DNA of 64,000 bases from Batkoa obscura (GCA_030770535.1 JASVEC010000018.1:992001-1056000), one strand, 5' to 3'. Shown: positions 11,240-24,641, counted from the first letter of the stretch. Made by a program: numbers and translations. Notes: generated by a model from the letters alone, not told the origin.

Positions 11240-12310
11240 ATATTCTCTTATATTCTTATTAAGTACAATAGTTAAAATATAAAGCCAATGATGGATATTT
11301 TATATACTAATCAAAAACATAAAAAAGCTACTATCAAATAAAATACATAAAATCTATAACCAAAATTACATATCATTATGTGACCTTTAAAAAAAAAGAT
11401 ATTATATTGTAAGTTTTTATCGAAAAAATCGATTATTAAATATAAACATTTTAACTAATAAGATTAAAATATAGCCTTTAAACAACAGACCCTTTTTGAA
11501 TAAAGTTAAAATATATAAAATGAGTTGTCTCACCATGATTTGAAAACGATAAATATTATATTATACTGAAATTGCAAAATTTTATTAAGCTAAAATACAC
11601 AAAATTTGAAAACAATTAATTCATAGTAAACACTTTATTTCAAATATTAGTTAATAATAATTTTGGTCCTATTTATGACTAAATGTTGAGGAGTTTGGAG
11701 CAAGGAAGAATAAAATCATGTGTAAGTGTTTTCAAGTTAGATTAAGATAAAAATAAGATAGCTATATGAAAATAACTTTATCAATATAAACAAAGTCAGA
11801 GATCGGGGGCTATAACATAATATATCTTCTTGGTACACCAATAGTTTACTATTAGAGCTTTAGCTGATTGGGATTTGGTTTAATTTAAAAAATTCAAGTT
11901 TGCAAAATCCTACTCTTTTCATTAATTAACATTAAATCAGACTCAGTTTTTATCTGGTAAGCTCAAGGTAAGCATAAGGTTATAAATGCGCTTTTTAAAA
12001 TGCTATTTCTTTTATAATTAAAGTTAATATTTTATAAAAATTCGTTGATTTTCACTGGTTAAAAACTGAGGTTAGTTATTTTTAAAATCTTGAAAAGAAC
12101 CCCAAAAGGGAAAGACTCTCCCCCTCCCCGATTTATTGTTAATAGTAGTGATTAAAAAATAGAAGGTAAAATTCAGGTCAAAGTAGCGTTTGGGACCCTT
12201 TTTAGGTGTAAAACGAGAGTAAAATAGAGTACTAAAACAGAATGTGATAGAGCTATCCAGACAGAGTTGCTAAAAGCTAAAATACTTGTAGCATAGTATT
12301 ATAATTATAT

Positions 12311-12406
12311 GGAGATGTATTTTTTCGTTTAACAATTTTGCTAACAATATTTCCACTTCAAATAGCGCTTAAAAGGTGGAGAAAGTGAAGCCAAAAAAAC
12401 ACCTTC
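12311..12406. mobile_element. ~98-bp MITE
   Basis: Family core; flanks ATAT/GTAT. Confidence 0.8.
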
Positions 12407-13464
12407 GTATATTATAAGTGGCTACGATTATATAAGAGATAGAGAGATTAATAGGCCTTCTATTTCTAATATTAAAAAGTTTAGAGGCCAGAAAAGAGAA
12501 GTAAATGTCATTTATAAAATAAGTTGACAAAATAACAGGGAGGGGGAAATAAAGTGAGAAGAGAGAGAGTGGTGGTTATTCTTCTCTTTTTTAGAGATTT
12601 TAGTAAATCATAAAACAAATATATCAAATTTAACCTATACTGCTTTAAAGTACAATATAAAAAGCATAAAAATGATTAATTCTGTCTTAAATTGAAATTC
12701 CTGGGAAAACAATAACATAAGATTTTTAAATAAACTGAGCAATATAAAAGATATAAAAGAGATCTGTAAATTTTAAAACAGAGTAAAAAGAATACTAATT
12801 AAGTTATAAATGTAATTGAAGTTTCTTATAACAATCTATCAAAGTAATATTAGCGGATATAATCTTTACTACTTTCGTTTTCAATTAAATTGACTGAAAA
12901 TAATAAAAACAGTAGATTTTTAAAATTGAGATCATTTTCCGTTGTTGTTCTAATTATTCCAAGAATCCTCAAAATATTCATAAGGATGAAGATGAAATCA
13001 GAAGGTTGAATTTTAAAACAAATTAATTCCTATTTAAATGCAGTCCAGTCGCAATTTAGATACCATTTAATTGTTTCAAAATCAAGCTAAAACTTTAAAT
13101 CAAGCTTGAATTTTGTCACTTATCAAATTACACTGCTCTTTATTTTTTGTTTTAATTATTTTTGAAAAGTAGACCTAAATCACAAATTCAAAGTGGAGTA
13201 GATTTGTATTTATACTACATAAAAAACTAACAGGAAACTTAATAGTAGTTAATTGAAATGTTAATTTTGAGTTCAAATGGTTATTATCAAATATACAAAT
13301 AAATCAAAAATTTCCTCCTAAGCCTAAATTAAGACAAGGATTCCAAATTCACCTTTCAAAATTCTAACAAGCTATTAAAAATCTCATTTAATCGATAACG
13401 CCAATAACATTTTTAATTAGTAAAATATTGGAGTAATTTGAATTAAAAAGTGTTGATATAATAT

Positions 13465-15900
13465 GGGGTTGTCTGAATTAGTTTCATTATTTTATCCAAT
13501 TTTTGAATTTTATATTTTAAAACTTCGCTTAAAATCCTATAAAATCATATCTTTTATTAAAAAAAGTACCCGGAAACAGTTCTAAATCATTCTATTATAG
13601 CTCATATTGTAAGTTAGTTGAATTTCTACTAGATCTTAAATATTTATTTTTATAAAGTTTAATTCAGAAATATTTTATCAACTGCTTTATAACCAACATT
13701 GTATATTTATTATCAAATAAGTAAACTACTTTAATGTTATAATTACATTATCAATATATTGCCAAGTTAATAAATAGCTGCATGGGAGGGAGTGATTAGC
13801 CCCAAAACTATAATTAACCACCTCTATATAGTACAAGTAATAGTAGTTTTTACATGTTACAATTACTTGTTCTTTGAGTATTTATTAACTTAGCTATTAA
13901 TAACTTAAGTAATCTTAACATTTAATATATTTCTATCATTCAACAAACTACTTACTTGTTTAGTAAATATCGAAATTTTTAAATTCTCTGTTATCTTCGT
14001 AAGGTAAGCTGGGATCGATCTTTTAATTTTTCTATTTTCTATAGACTCTATAACTCTAATTGTAACTATATCGCTTTTTTTGATGTATCAGATACTGGAT
14101 AATAATGTAGTTTATTGTTATGTTTGATAAAGTGTAAATACTTCTTAATCCTTTGCATCTCTATTATTCTTTTTGTATTTTTGTTTCTTTTATACTTTTT
14201 AAAAATTATATCTGTTTTCCCATTATTAATAGTCGAGTTATTAATTTTATTATGCTCGCAAATAAAAGCCTCAAATCTTGAAATTAATTGATTGATATCT
14301 TCTATTTTACCTAACGCTTCAAAACTACTTTTCCATTTTGAAAGGTTTCCAAAATGTCCATCAACTATACTTTTTCCATGATGTTCAGCAAAAAAATTAA
14401 GATTAACATTCAAACTACTATTTATTTTATGAATTTCTTTAAACATATAGTGTAGAAACTCTTGGGATCTAAAATCATTTCCTGTATCTGCCCATATATT
14501 AATTTTTGTAAACTTTTTAAATAGAAGCTCTGTAGAGATCAAATTGATTAAACAATCTCCTGCATATGCTGAATCATGGTGATTCAATATTTCAGACAAA
14601 TAATCAAAGTAAACTTTGCCTATTGTTTTATCATCTTTTAAATATAATACACCAAAGCCTAATACTGATATAGCTTGTTTATTATAATGATCTAGATTTA
14701 TTGAATTTGGTCTTGTCCCTATTTCCATATTTTGTTTAAAATCTAAAACTATTATACAACTTTTGTTATTTAATTTTTTAATAGTTTCATTGTGTTTTTT
14801 TGAGATCAACACAGAATTTATGTAATTTGTATAATTTTTCTTCTTCGTTGAAAATTTCTTGTATCTCTGCTTTGCTTTTTGCTGTATTTATTTTATTTTC
14901 AAATAACTTTTTTCTAACTGTATACTGGGTACATATATTACATAGATCTGTTTTTCTTGCTGGATTTTTGAAATTACTTGGTATATATTTAAAGAACGTT
15001 GACCTAGCTACTGCTTTATTTCTTAGATCATTCAAATATTTACTATACATCATTCTTCTACTTTTATTTAATATATATATATTATCTGATGAATATTTAC
15101 TATCGTTATTTTTTTTATTAAATCTTGATGAAATAGTTGAATCATTTAGTAAATATTGTATGATAGTTTCAATTTGGTCATCTTTAATTTTTTTTGTATT
15201 TTTAATAATAGGTTGTAATGTTGATGTTTTATTATTATTACTTGCTTTTGAATAATCATATTGATTTCTGTTTATATTAAATCCAAAACTCTTACATTCA
15301 TCAAAAGAGTATACTGAAGCTATAGTTGATAATAACGCTACTTGTTGATTTTTGTTTCCTGTTTCCTGTTTCCTGTTTCCTGTTTCCCTCAAAGTACTAA
15401 TTTTATACATTGCTTGATTAAGTTTATTATTATTGATAGTAAACTTTGATAATATATCTTTTCTTTGCTTTGTTTTATTATAAAATTCCATAAACCTTGG
15501 GTTGTTATAAGTAGCTCTTAAGATTGATGTAAATGAATTACAATGTTTATATTGTGTACTCCTCCCTATTGTATTGAAGTTTAGTTATGAAAGTTTGCAT
15601 TTTATTTTTATTTCAACAAAAAATAAAGTCAAATAACTGTATTTATATAATTATGTATTTATATAATTATATAATCATATAGTTATATATTATATATCTG
15701 TTAAATATCTAACAGAACTAACATAAAATATATAGTTAGGAAAATTAGCTATTTAAGAAAAGGAAACAATTAAAATAAGTTTTAAATAGAGACATTTAAT
15801 TTTAGGCTTTTTAGATTTAACCGTTATATTGGACACAAACTTAAAATTTTAATTTTGAATTAATTTCTAAGTAGATTCTGAAACCAATTAGGACAGCCCC
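13465..15900 (-). mobile_element. Sola-like DNA transposon copy D, near full length
   Basis: Right TIR at 13465, left TIR ending GGACAGCCCC at 15900, ATAT on both flanks. Confidence 0.93.
14066..15600 (-). pseudogene. Transposase of copy D; frameshift near 14790-14805 and a small 5' deletion
   Basis: ORFs 14787-15491 and 14066-14812 tile the same protein; all three candidate catalytic Asp motifs are intact. Confidence 0.85.
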
Positions 15901-16207
15901 ATATTAATAATGTAATTATAACATTAAAGTAGTTTACTTATTTGATAATAAATATACAATGTTAGTTATAAAGCAGTTGATAATAAATATTTCTCAATAA
16001 AGTTTCATAAGAATGTGTGTATTTAAGATCTAGTAGAAATTCAACTAACTTACAATATGAGCTATAATAGAATGATTTAGAACTGTTTCCGGGTACTTTT
16101 TTTAATAAAAGATGTGATTTTATAGAATTTTAAGCAAAGTTTTTAAAATACAAAACTTTTCAAAAATTGGATAAAATAATGAAACTGAAACTAATCCAGA
16201 CAACCCC
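15901..16207 (+). mobile_element. Orphan right-end fragment (~300 bp) of the transposon abutting copy D
   Basis: Matches the last ~300 bp of copy E, including the TGAAACTGAAAC duplication; ends CAGACAACCCC followed by ATAT. Confidence 0.85.
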
Positions 16208-16286
16208 ATATAGTAATTTCAATTTGCTGTTTTTTTTGTATTTTTAATAATAAGTTGTAATGTTGATATTTTACTACTATTATTAC

Positions 16287-16751
16287 TGTGAAAATATCGC
16301 TTTGTCAGTCCCATGGTTAATTATAGCATAGCAATCGCCTAAGCTGTTGTGTTCTCGAGTTCAGAGGAAATCAATCCCATGTTCTTATTTTGATTTGTTA
16401 TGAGAATTTCCAGCTCCATCCAAAAGAATATTATCTTCTCATTTTGATATTTATACTTTTCAGAGTATAAAAGAGTTTACAGAGTATAATAGTTCGAGGC
16501 TTTTTAACTGAATTAATCCCTGATATCTCGTATACTTAGTAAAGCCACTAAATCTTTTTGATAATATCTCATATAGATTTTACATTAGTATTATCTATTC
16601 TATCTGTCTTACATAGCTTGTAACCTATTACGTGCTATTCCTCATAATCCAAGTCTATCTTAGTCACATAAACTAAGACCTTTCGACTTATAGTGTAGTC
16701 AACCTAGCAATAGCTGTTCTTGACTCCAAACCCTGAGTATCAGATTTCACA
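16287..16751. mobile_element. Solo-LTR-like element, copy 1 (465 bp)
   Basis: TGTGAAA...TTTCACA termini; flanks ATTAC/ACTAC; interrupts the transposon remnant; similar to 21101-21573 and 36245-36687 in opposite orientation. Confidence 0.7.
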
Positions 16752-16776
16752 ACTACTTATTTTTGAATAAGCATAT

Positions 16777-16874
16777 GGGAGTGTTTTTTTTGACTTCATT
16801 ATTTTTCCCATTTTTAAGCGCTATTTAGGTGGAAAAATTATTAGTAAAATTCTTAAACACAAAAATACAGCCCC
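16777..16874. mobile_element. ~98-bp MITE
   Basis: ATAT TSD on both sides; the empty site AATCATATTGAT is seen in copy D. Confidence 0.9.
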
Positions 16875-17223
16875 ATATTGATTTATGTTTGTATTAAACC
16901 CAAAACTTTTACATTGATCAAAAGAATATACAAAAATATAATTAATAATGGTATTACTTACTGATTTTTGTTTCCCCGTTTCCTTTAAACCACTAAGCTT
17001 ACAATAATTAATAGTAAACTTTAATGATTTTTATTGTTGTTACAAAATTCATAAATTCTGCGTTATTATAAATATTTAAAATTTAGCAATAAATTATGAT
17101 ATTTATAAGCATGTCTTTTATTATATCGAAATTTTAAAAAATTCCGTTTCGAAGTCTAGTTACCAAAGCTTGGCATTTTGTAGATATGTTTTGATAAAAA
17201 ACAAAATCAAATAGCTTATATAT

Positions 17224-17323
17224 GGGGATGTATTTTTATTTTTGTGTTTGAGAATTTTACAATCTTTCTACTCAAATAGCGCTTAAAAAATGGAAAAAAT
17301 AATGAAGTCAAAAAAGACACTCC
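17224..17323. mobile_element. ~98-bp MITE
   Basis: GGGGATGT...CACTCCC, ATAT TSD. Confidence 0.85.
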
Positions 17324-17369
17324 CATATTATACATCGATTAAACATTTAATAAATAAAATAATCAAAAC

Positions 17370-17625
17370 AAGTTTTTTAGGTTAAATTTGATTAACCATA
17401 TGGGGATGTGTTTTTGTGAGAATTTTACTAACAAATTTTCTGCTCAAATGGCGCTTAAAAGGTGGAAAAAGTAATGAAACCAAAAAAAACATCTCCATAT
17501 GGGAGTGTTTTTTTAACTTCATTACTTTTTCCTTTTTTAAGCGCCATTTGAGCAGAAAATTTGTTAGTAAAATTCTCACAAAAACACATCCCCATATGGT
17601 TAATCAAATTTAACCTAAAAAACTT
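17370..17625. repeat. 256-bp quasi-palindrome made of two inverted MITEs (17402-17496, 17501-17593) plus 32 bp of duplicated flank
   Basis: 17370-17460 is the exact reverse complement of 17535-17625 (91 bp); the inner 74 bp is imperfect around a central ATAT. Confidence 0.93.
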
Positions 17626-18326
17626 AATCTGGACACCTTCATATGTTATTTATTTACTTTTAATGAAGTTTTTTGTTACTTTAATATTAATAACATAAAC
17701 AGTTTGTAATATATTAATTTGAATTTATAGTAACCATTTAAAATCCCTGTTAAGTTTTAAATATTAATAAAAATGGTTAAATTTTAATATTTAATAGATG
17801 CATATTATATTTTATTTTAGAAATTTTCTTTAATAAGAAAGTATTCTTTGATCAATTGCTCAATTTTAGGTAATAATAATCCAAATCTTTGAATATAACC
17901 TTTATTGCTTTTTTTATATAGTAAGCTTTATTTTATAATCCAACTTTGAGTATTCTATACTTATTTTGAAGTTCATTAAACTTTTGCTATTAGAATAATA
18001 AGCTTTTTTGAAGTTTTATATAAATCTCTTGCGCATACATGTTATACTTTTTATATTTGTTTGAGTTATATGGGTTTTATCAGTACTAATATATATTTAA
18101 TTTAATGTAAATCTGAGTTGTGAATGATCATAAAAAATTATATATATCATTTTAAGTTGAAATAAAGTATGCTTGTATAAGAAAAACTTTGTTAATATAA
18201 AATAAAGCCTAGGGGGGAAAGTTAGTGGTACTTAATGTATACAAAAGCCAACTAAAGGGCTCCTGAAACTACAGGTTGATTTTAAAACCAAACCAGTTGC
18301 ATTTTGAATAAACTAATTGGGGATAT

Positions 18327-19098
18327 GGGAATGTTTTTTTTGACTTCATTATTTTTTCCGTTTTTAAGCGCTATTTACGTGGAAAATCATTAGTAAAATT
18401 CTTAAACACAAAAATACATCCCCATTTGTTTTATGTTTTAGAAATTTCTTAAATATACAATATAAAAACTCTTGAGATTTGAAACAATTTCCTGGTATTT
18501 ATCCGTTATATTAATTTTGTAAACTTTTTAATAAAAGCTTTCTAAATACTAGGATCAACTAAACAGTTTCCTCTAGGTATGGTAAAACATAATCTAATAC
18601 TCCAAATAAGTAATCAAAAAACACTTTAGTGTTATGCCCATGTGAAATCTTTCATATTTGGTAAAATAATTTAGCTACAAGTTTTTAATAAGATATGAAG
18701 ATGTATGTATTTGTGTTTAAGAATTTTACTAATGATTTTTCCGCTCAATAACGCTTAAAAATAGGAAAAGTGATGAAGCTAAAAAACATCCTCATAATTT
18801 AAAATTTACTAAATCTAGCTTTTTTTACTTCCATACTTAAAGTTTGAAATTGCTGTGTGATATTATATAATTATTTGATAACTTTATCAAATATGTTTCT
18901 TGATTATTAATATAAAATTTATATGGCTTCTTTTATTAAAAGGATCTTTTTCTATTTTGTTTTTTATTATTGTATATTTCATTTTTAAATAACTTTTTGA
19001 TAGTGTTTTTTGGCTTTCTTCACTTTTTCCGTTTTTTAAGAGCGCTATTTGAGTGGAAAAATTACTAGTAAAACTCCTAAAACACAAAGATGCCATCC
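18327..19098. mobile_element. Three separate MITEs (18327-18423, 18697-18793, ~18999-19098)
   Basis: Family core and termini. Confidence 0.75.
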
Positions 19099-19441
19099 CT
19101 CCCCCTCATATCTATCCTTGTTTCATTATAAAGTTCCATAACCTTCGTGTTATCATGAACAGTTGCTAAAATCAATACAAATAAATTATAATATTTATAT
19201 AGCATGTTTTTATATTATATCGAAATTTTAGTTATGAAAGCTTGTATTTTGTATATATTTTAATAAAAAATAAATTTAGGTAACTACTATATATTTATAT
19301 ATTATATATCCATTGAATATTTAATAAAAATAATACAAAATATAATTTTTTTAATTATTTGAAAAAATAACAATTAAAACAAGGTCTTAAAATTAGATGA
19401 AAAAATTTAATTTTAAGCTTTTTAAATTTAACTGATCATAT
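18424..19441 (-). mobile_element. Old degenerate transposon remnant with MITE insertions
   Basis: Decayed similarity to the transposase WADTG/RSQEF region (18450-18620) and to the left-end region (19110-19441). Confidence 0.55.
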
Positions 19442-20865
19442 GGGGCTGTCCTAATTGGTTTCAGAGTTTACTTAGAAGTTAATCCAGATTTTAAATTTTA
19501 AAATTTGTCTTTAATGTGACGGTTAAATCTAAAAAGCTAAAATTAAATCTCTCTATTTAAAGCTTATTTTAATTGTTTCTTTTTCTTAAATAGTTGGCTT
19601 TCCTAACTATATGTTTTATGTTAGTTCTGTTAGATATTTAACAGATATATAATATATAACTATATGGTTATATAATAATATATATACACTTATCTGACTT
19701 TATTTTTTGTTGGAATAGAAATAAAAATAAAATGCAAACTTTCATTAACTAAACTTTCAAATGGAATTTTTGAAAATTTAATATAATAGGGAGGAGTACA
19801 CAATATAAACATTGTAATTCATTTACATCAATTTTAAAAACTATTTATAACAACCCAAGGTTTATGGAATTTTATGATACAATAAAACAAAGAAAAGATA
19901 TATTATTAAAGTTTACTATTAATATAATAAACTTAATCAACCAATGTGTAAAATCAATGCTTTTAAGGGAAACAGAAAATAATAATCAACAAGTGGCGTT
20001 ATTATTAACTATAGCTTCAGTATATCATTTTGATGAATGTAAGAGTTTTGAATTTAATATAAATAGAAATCAATATGATTATTCAAAAATAAGTAATAAT
20101 AGTAATAAAATATTAACATTACAACCTATTACCAAAAATACAAAAAGAATAATAGAGATGCAAAGGATTAAGAAGTATTTACACTTTATCAAACATAACA
20201 ATAAACTACATTATTATCCAGTATCTGATACATCAAAAAAAGCGATATAGTTACAATTAGAGTTATAGAGTCTATAGAAAATAGAAAAATTAAAAGATCG
20301 ATCCCAGCTTACCTTACGAAGATAACAGAGAATTTAAAAATTTCGATATTTACTAAACAAGTAAGTAGTTTGTTGAATGATAGAAATATATTAAATGTTA
20401 AGATTACTTAAGTTATTAATAGCTAAGTTAATAAATACTCAAAGAACAAGTAATTGTAACATGTAAAAACTACTATTACTTGTACTATATAGAGGTGGTT
20501 AATTATAGTTTTGGGGCTAATCACTCCCTCCCATGCAGCTATTTATTAACTTGGCAATATATTGATAATGTAATTATAACATTAAAGTAGTTTACTTATT
20601 TGATAATAAATATACAATGTTGGTTATAAAGCAGTTGATAATAAATATTTCTCAATAAAGTTTCATAAGAATGTGTGTATTTAAGATCTAGTAGAAATTC
20701 AACTAACTTACAATATGAGCTATAATAGAATGATTTAGAACTGTTTCCGGGTACTTTTTTTAATAAAAGATATGATTTTATAGAATTTTAAGCAAAGTTT
20801 TTAAAATACAAAACTTTTCAAAAATTGGATAAAATAATGAAACTGAAACTAATCCAGACAACCCC
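19442..20865 (+). mobile_element. Non-autonomous internal-deletion derivative, copy E
   Basis: Near-identical to copy C with the same deletion junction and the same 128-aa ORF (19864-20250); intact TIRs; flanks ATAT/ATGT. Confidence 0.92.
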
Positions 20866-20926
20866 ATGTAGTTCTTAAAAATCTTTTAATTTTTTTATGC
20901 AATATATTTATAAGGATATCTGATAT

Positions 20927-22848
20927 AGGAGTGTCTTTTTGATTTTATTATTTTTTCCATTTTTTAAGTGCTATTTAAGCGGAAAATTTGTTAGTAGGAT
21001 TCTTAAATACAAAAATATATCCCCATATATTATTATTTAATTGCTATTATTCCTAATATTTTTTTTAGCTTTATTACTTTTTTTGTCTTTTGAGCACTAT
21101 TATGAAATCTTGTTACTCAATGGGGTTGGAGTCAAAAGCAGTTTTCTTGCTTGATTAATTAGTCTTAGTTGAAAGGTTTTAGTTTGTGTAACTAACATAG
21201 AATTGAATTATGAAGAATAGCATGTAATGGGTTACAGACTATGTAAGACAAATGGAATAGACAACACTAATATAAAATTTACATAAGATGCTATATGAAA
21301 GATTCAGTAGCTTTATTAAAGGTACAATACAAGGGATAATTCAGTTAAAGGGTCTCAAGTTATTATATTAAAGAATCTCTTTTATACTTCAACAAGTATG
21401 GACATCAGATCGAGAAGATAATATTCTTCGTGACGTGAAGTTAGTAATTTTCTCAGAAAATCAAGATAAAGGGATTTTGAATTGATTGTGTCTAAACTCG
21501 GGAACACGATGACTTGATTGATTATTATATTATGTTGTAACCAACCATAGAGCTGACAAAGCGATATTTCATACTATTTAAGCAAAAAAATTTTAAATAT
21601 AGAAATATACCCCCTCCTATATAACAAAGTTAGTGTTTTGCTTTTTATCAAATAATTTTTTAGTATAATAGCTATGTTTTAGTTTCATAATTACTATAGT
21701 AAATACGGGGATGTTCTTTTTGGCTTCATTACTTTTTCCATCCTTTAAGCACTATTTGAGTGGAAATTTTATTAGTAAAATTGTTAAACATAAAAATACA
21801 TCCCCATATTGTTTTTATAACATGTTTTTACTTCGATAAAACTTATAATTTAATAGTTTTCAGTAACTATCTTTTCCTGTTTTAGATAAGACTATATTGG
21901 GGATGTTTTTTTGTTTTCATTACTTTTTCTATTTTTAAGCGCTATTTGAGTAGAAAAATTGCTAGTAAAACTTTTGAGCAAAAAAAGACATCCCTATATA
22001 TTTTTATATTTCAAAGAAAAATTAAAGTTAAAATATCAACTATTATACACTATACTTACTTTTATTTAATTCAACATGGGGATATTTTTTTTCGTTTAAG
22101 GATTTTGTTGATAGTCTTTCCAACTCAAATAGCGCTTAGAAATGGAAAAAGTAATCAAGGCAAAAAAAACTACCTTTTTTCCTGACCACCAAATTTTATG
22201 ATAGCTTATTTCATTATATAGCTTATTTCATTATATAGCTTATTTAAATATTTAAACATTTTTAGTTTAATAAATGACAATAAGTTAAAAAAGTTTTTTT
22301 CATATTTGAAAAAAAATTATACCAAGCTATATTGGGGATGTATTTTTTTGTTTAAGAATTTTACTAACAGTTTTCCCACTCAAATAGTGATTAAAAAAGG
22401 GAAAAATAATGAAACCAAAAAAAACAGCCCCATTATTGAATCATTTCCATGTATATTTTCTGATTTGCTACAAATATATATATGAGGATATGTTTTTTGT
22501 TTAAGAATTTTACTAGTAATTTTTCCACTCAAATAGTGCCTAAAAGATGGAAAAAGTGATGAAGCCAAAAAAACATCCCTATATATAAAACTGCTTACAA
22601 AGTTTTAGGTTAATCTTGATCAGCTTTTTTAAATAATGAATACTTTTTATTTAGTAAATTCATAGATGCTATTGTTATTATAAATCGTCTTTTTTCTCAC
22701 TTTTGAAATCCTATTGAGTAAAATAATTATTATTGAAATTTTAGTAAATGGGGATGTATTTTTGTATTTAAGAATTTTACTAATAATTTTTCCACTCAAA
22801 TAGCGCTTAAAAGATGGAAAAAGTAATGAAGCCAAAAAAAACACTCCC
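20927..22848. mobile_element. Dense MITE cluster: 20927-21024, ~21050-21615 (split), 21707-21805, 21899-21995, 22078-22175, 22334-22431, 22484-22580, 22750-22848
   Basis: Eight copies in both orientations; TSDs include ATAT and AAAT (22750). Confidence 0.85.
21101..21573. mobile_element. Solo-LTR-like element, copy 2, inserted into a MITE (~21050-21615)
   Basis: TATGAAATC...GATATTTCATA termini; splits the MITE core GCACTATTTAAGC with CTAT duplicated. Confidence 0.65.
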
Positions 22849-23044
22849 AAATAGTGTTTTATATTTAAATTACTGTTAATAATAAAATTCATATTTAGTA
22901 ACACATTTTTATTATTGTAGATAAGATGATTTTTTTCTAAATGTAATATGTAAAAATATATATCTTTGCTTGAAAAGTTCTAAATCATTATGTTATAGCT
23001 TATACTGTAAGTTAATTGAATTTCTACTATATATTAATACATAT

Positions 23045-24641
23045 GGGGCTGTCCTAATTGGTTTCAGAGTTTACTTAGAAGTTAATCCAGATTTTAAATT
23101 TTAAAATTTGTCTTTAATGTGACGGTTAAATCTAAAAAGCTAAAATTAAATCTCTCTATTTAAAGCTTATTTTAATTGTCTCTTTTTCTTAAATAGTTGA
23201 TTTCCCTAATTATATGTTTTATGTTATTTCTGTTAGATATTTAATAGATATATAATATATAATTATATAATTATATAATTATATAATTATATGAATACAG
23301 TTGTTTGACTATTTTTTGTTGAAATAAAAATAAAATGCAAACTTTCATTAACTAAACTTTCAAATGGAATTTTTGAAAATTTAATATAATAGGGAGGAGT
23401 ACACAATATAAACATTGTAATTCATTTACATCAATTTTAAAAACTATTTATAACAACCCAAGGTTTATGAAATTTTATGATACAATAAAACAAAGAAAAG
23501 ATATATTATTAAAGTTTACTATTAATATAATAAACTTAATCAACCAATGTGTAAAATCAATGCTTTTAAGGGAAACAGAAAATAATAATCAACAAGTGGC
23601 GTTATTATTAACTATAGCTTCAGTATATCATTTTGATGAATGTAAGAGTTTTGAATTTAATATAAATAGAAATCAATATGATTATTCAAAAATAAGTAAT
23701 AATAGTAATAAAATATCAACATTACAACCTATTACCAAAAATACAAAAAAAATAACAGAAATATAAGGACATTAAGAAGTATTTACACTTTATTAAACAT
23801 AACAATAAACTACATTGCTATCCAGTATCTGATACATCAAAAAAAGCGATATAGTTTCAATTAAAGCTCAAAATCTGTTAAAAAACTAACTTTAGGCATA
23901 TTTTGTAAAAATAGTTTAAATTTTAAAAGTTGATATTTACTAAGTCAGTAGTTTATTAAATAAAGATATATCTTTTTGTTCAAGAATTTCACTAATAATC
24001 TTTTTGCTCAAATAGTGCTTAAAAGAGAAAAAGTAACAAAACGAAAAAAGCATCCTCAAATGATAGGAATTGATTACCCAATGTTGATATTATTTAAATT
24101 GTTAATAGTTAAGTTAACAAGTAATCAAAGAGCGAGTAACTATTACAACAAATAAAAACTATTTTTTATTGTTTCTATTATATAAGTATGATTGATTATA
24201 ACTTTAAGGCTAACTACTCCCTCCCATGTAGCTATTTATTAACTTAGTGATATATTAATAATGTCGTTATAGCACTAAAATAGTTTTATTTATTTAACAA
24301 CAAATTTGCAATGTTGGCTATAAAGCAGCTAACAATAAATACTTTTTTAGTCTCATTACTTTTCCATTTTTTAAGTACTATTTGTGTAGAAAAATTATTA
24401 GTAAAATCCTCAAGCAAAAAAATACATCCTCATGGTTTATTTGTATATTGTAGCTTTGATTAATCTTAACACATAGGTTATATTGATAAAAACTTTACTA
24501 AGTTATAACATAAATTATACTAAAATAATTTAAAACTGTTAGGTACTTTTAATTTTTAATAAAATTTATTTTTATAGAATTTTAAGTAAGGTTTTAAAAT
24601 TAAAATTTTAAAATTGGAAAAAACCCCAATTTGGACATCTC
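23045..24641 (+). mobile_element. Deletion derivative copy F: young 5' half, diverged 3' half containing two MITEs
   Basis: Left TIR after ATAT; same 5' sequence and junction as C/E; 3' part decayed and ending TTGGACATCTC; MITEs at ~23964-24057 and ~24340-24431. Confidence 0.8.

Larger units (their letters stand above)
16212..17640 (-). mobile_element. Old degenerate left half of the transposon carrying a solo-LTR-like element and four MITEs
   Basis: Collinear similarity to 15165-15900 between the insertions; degenerate TIR AATCTGGACACCTTC followed by ATAT near 17626-17644. Confidence 0.65.

Noticed and set aside
12116..12547. Inverted TCCCCCTCCC / GGGAGGGGGA pair suggesting another TIR element
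   Set aside because: Only ~10 bp match, no clear TSD and no second copy.
2119..15255. ORFs 2119-2415, 3161-3454 and 14800-15255
   Set aside because: Antisense shadows of the transposase.
22201..22245. 17-bp tandem repeat ATAGCTTATTTCATTAT, about 2.6 copies
   Set aside because: Ordinary slippage duplication with no associated feature.
20927..22848. Regularly spaced ~98-bp repeats resembling a CRISPR-like array
   Set aside because: Both orientations, variable spacing, TIRs and TSDs, no cas genes, eukaryotic context: a MITE cluster.
17382..22904. Short ORFs at 17382, 17416, 18887, 21946, 22380 and 22647 (also 8137, 53433, 53437)
   Set aside because: Chance frames running through MITE sequence.
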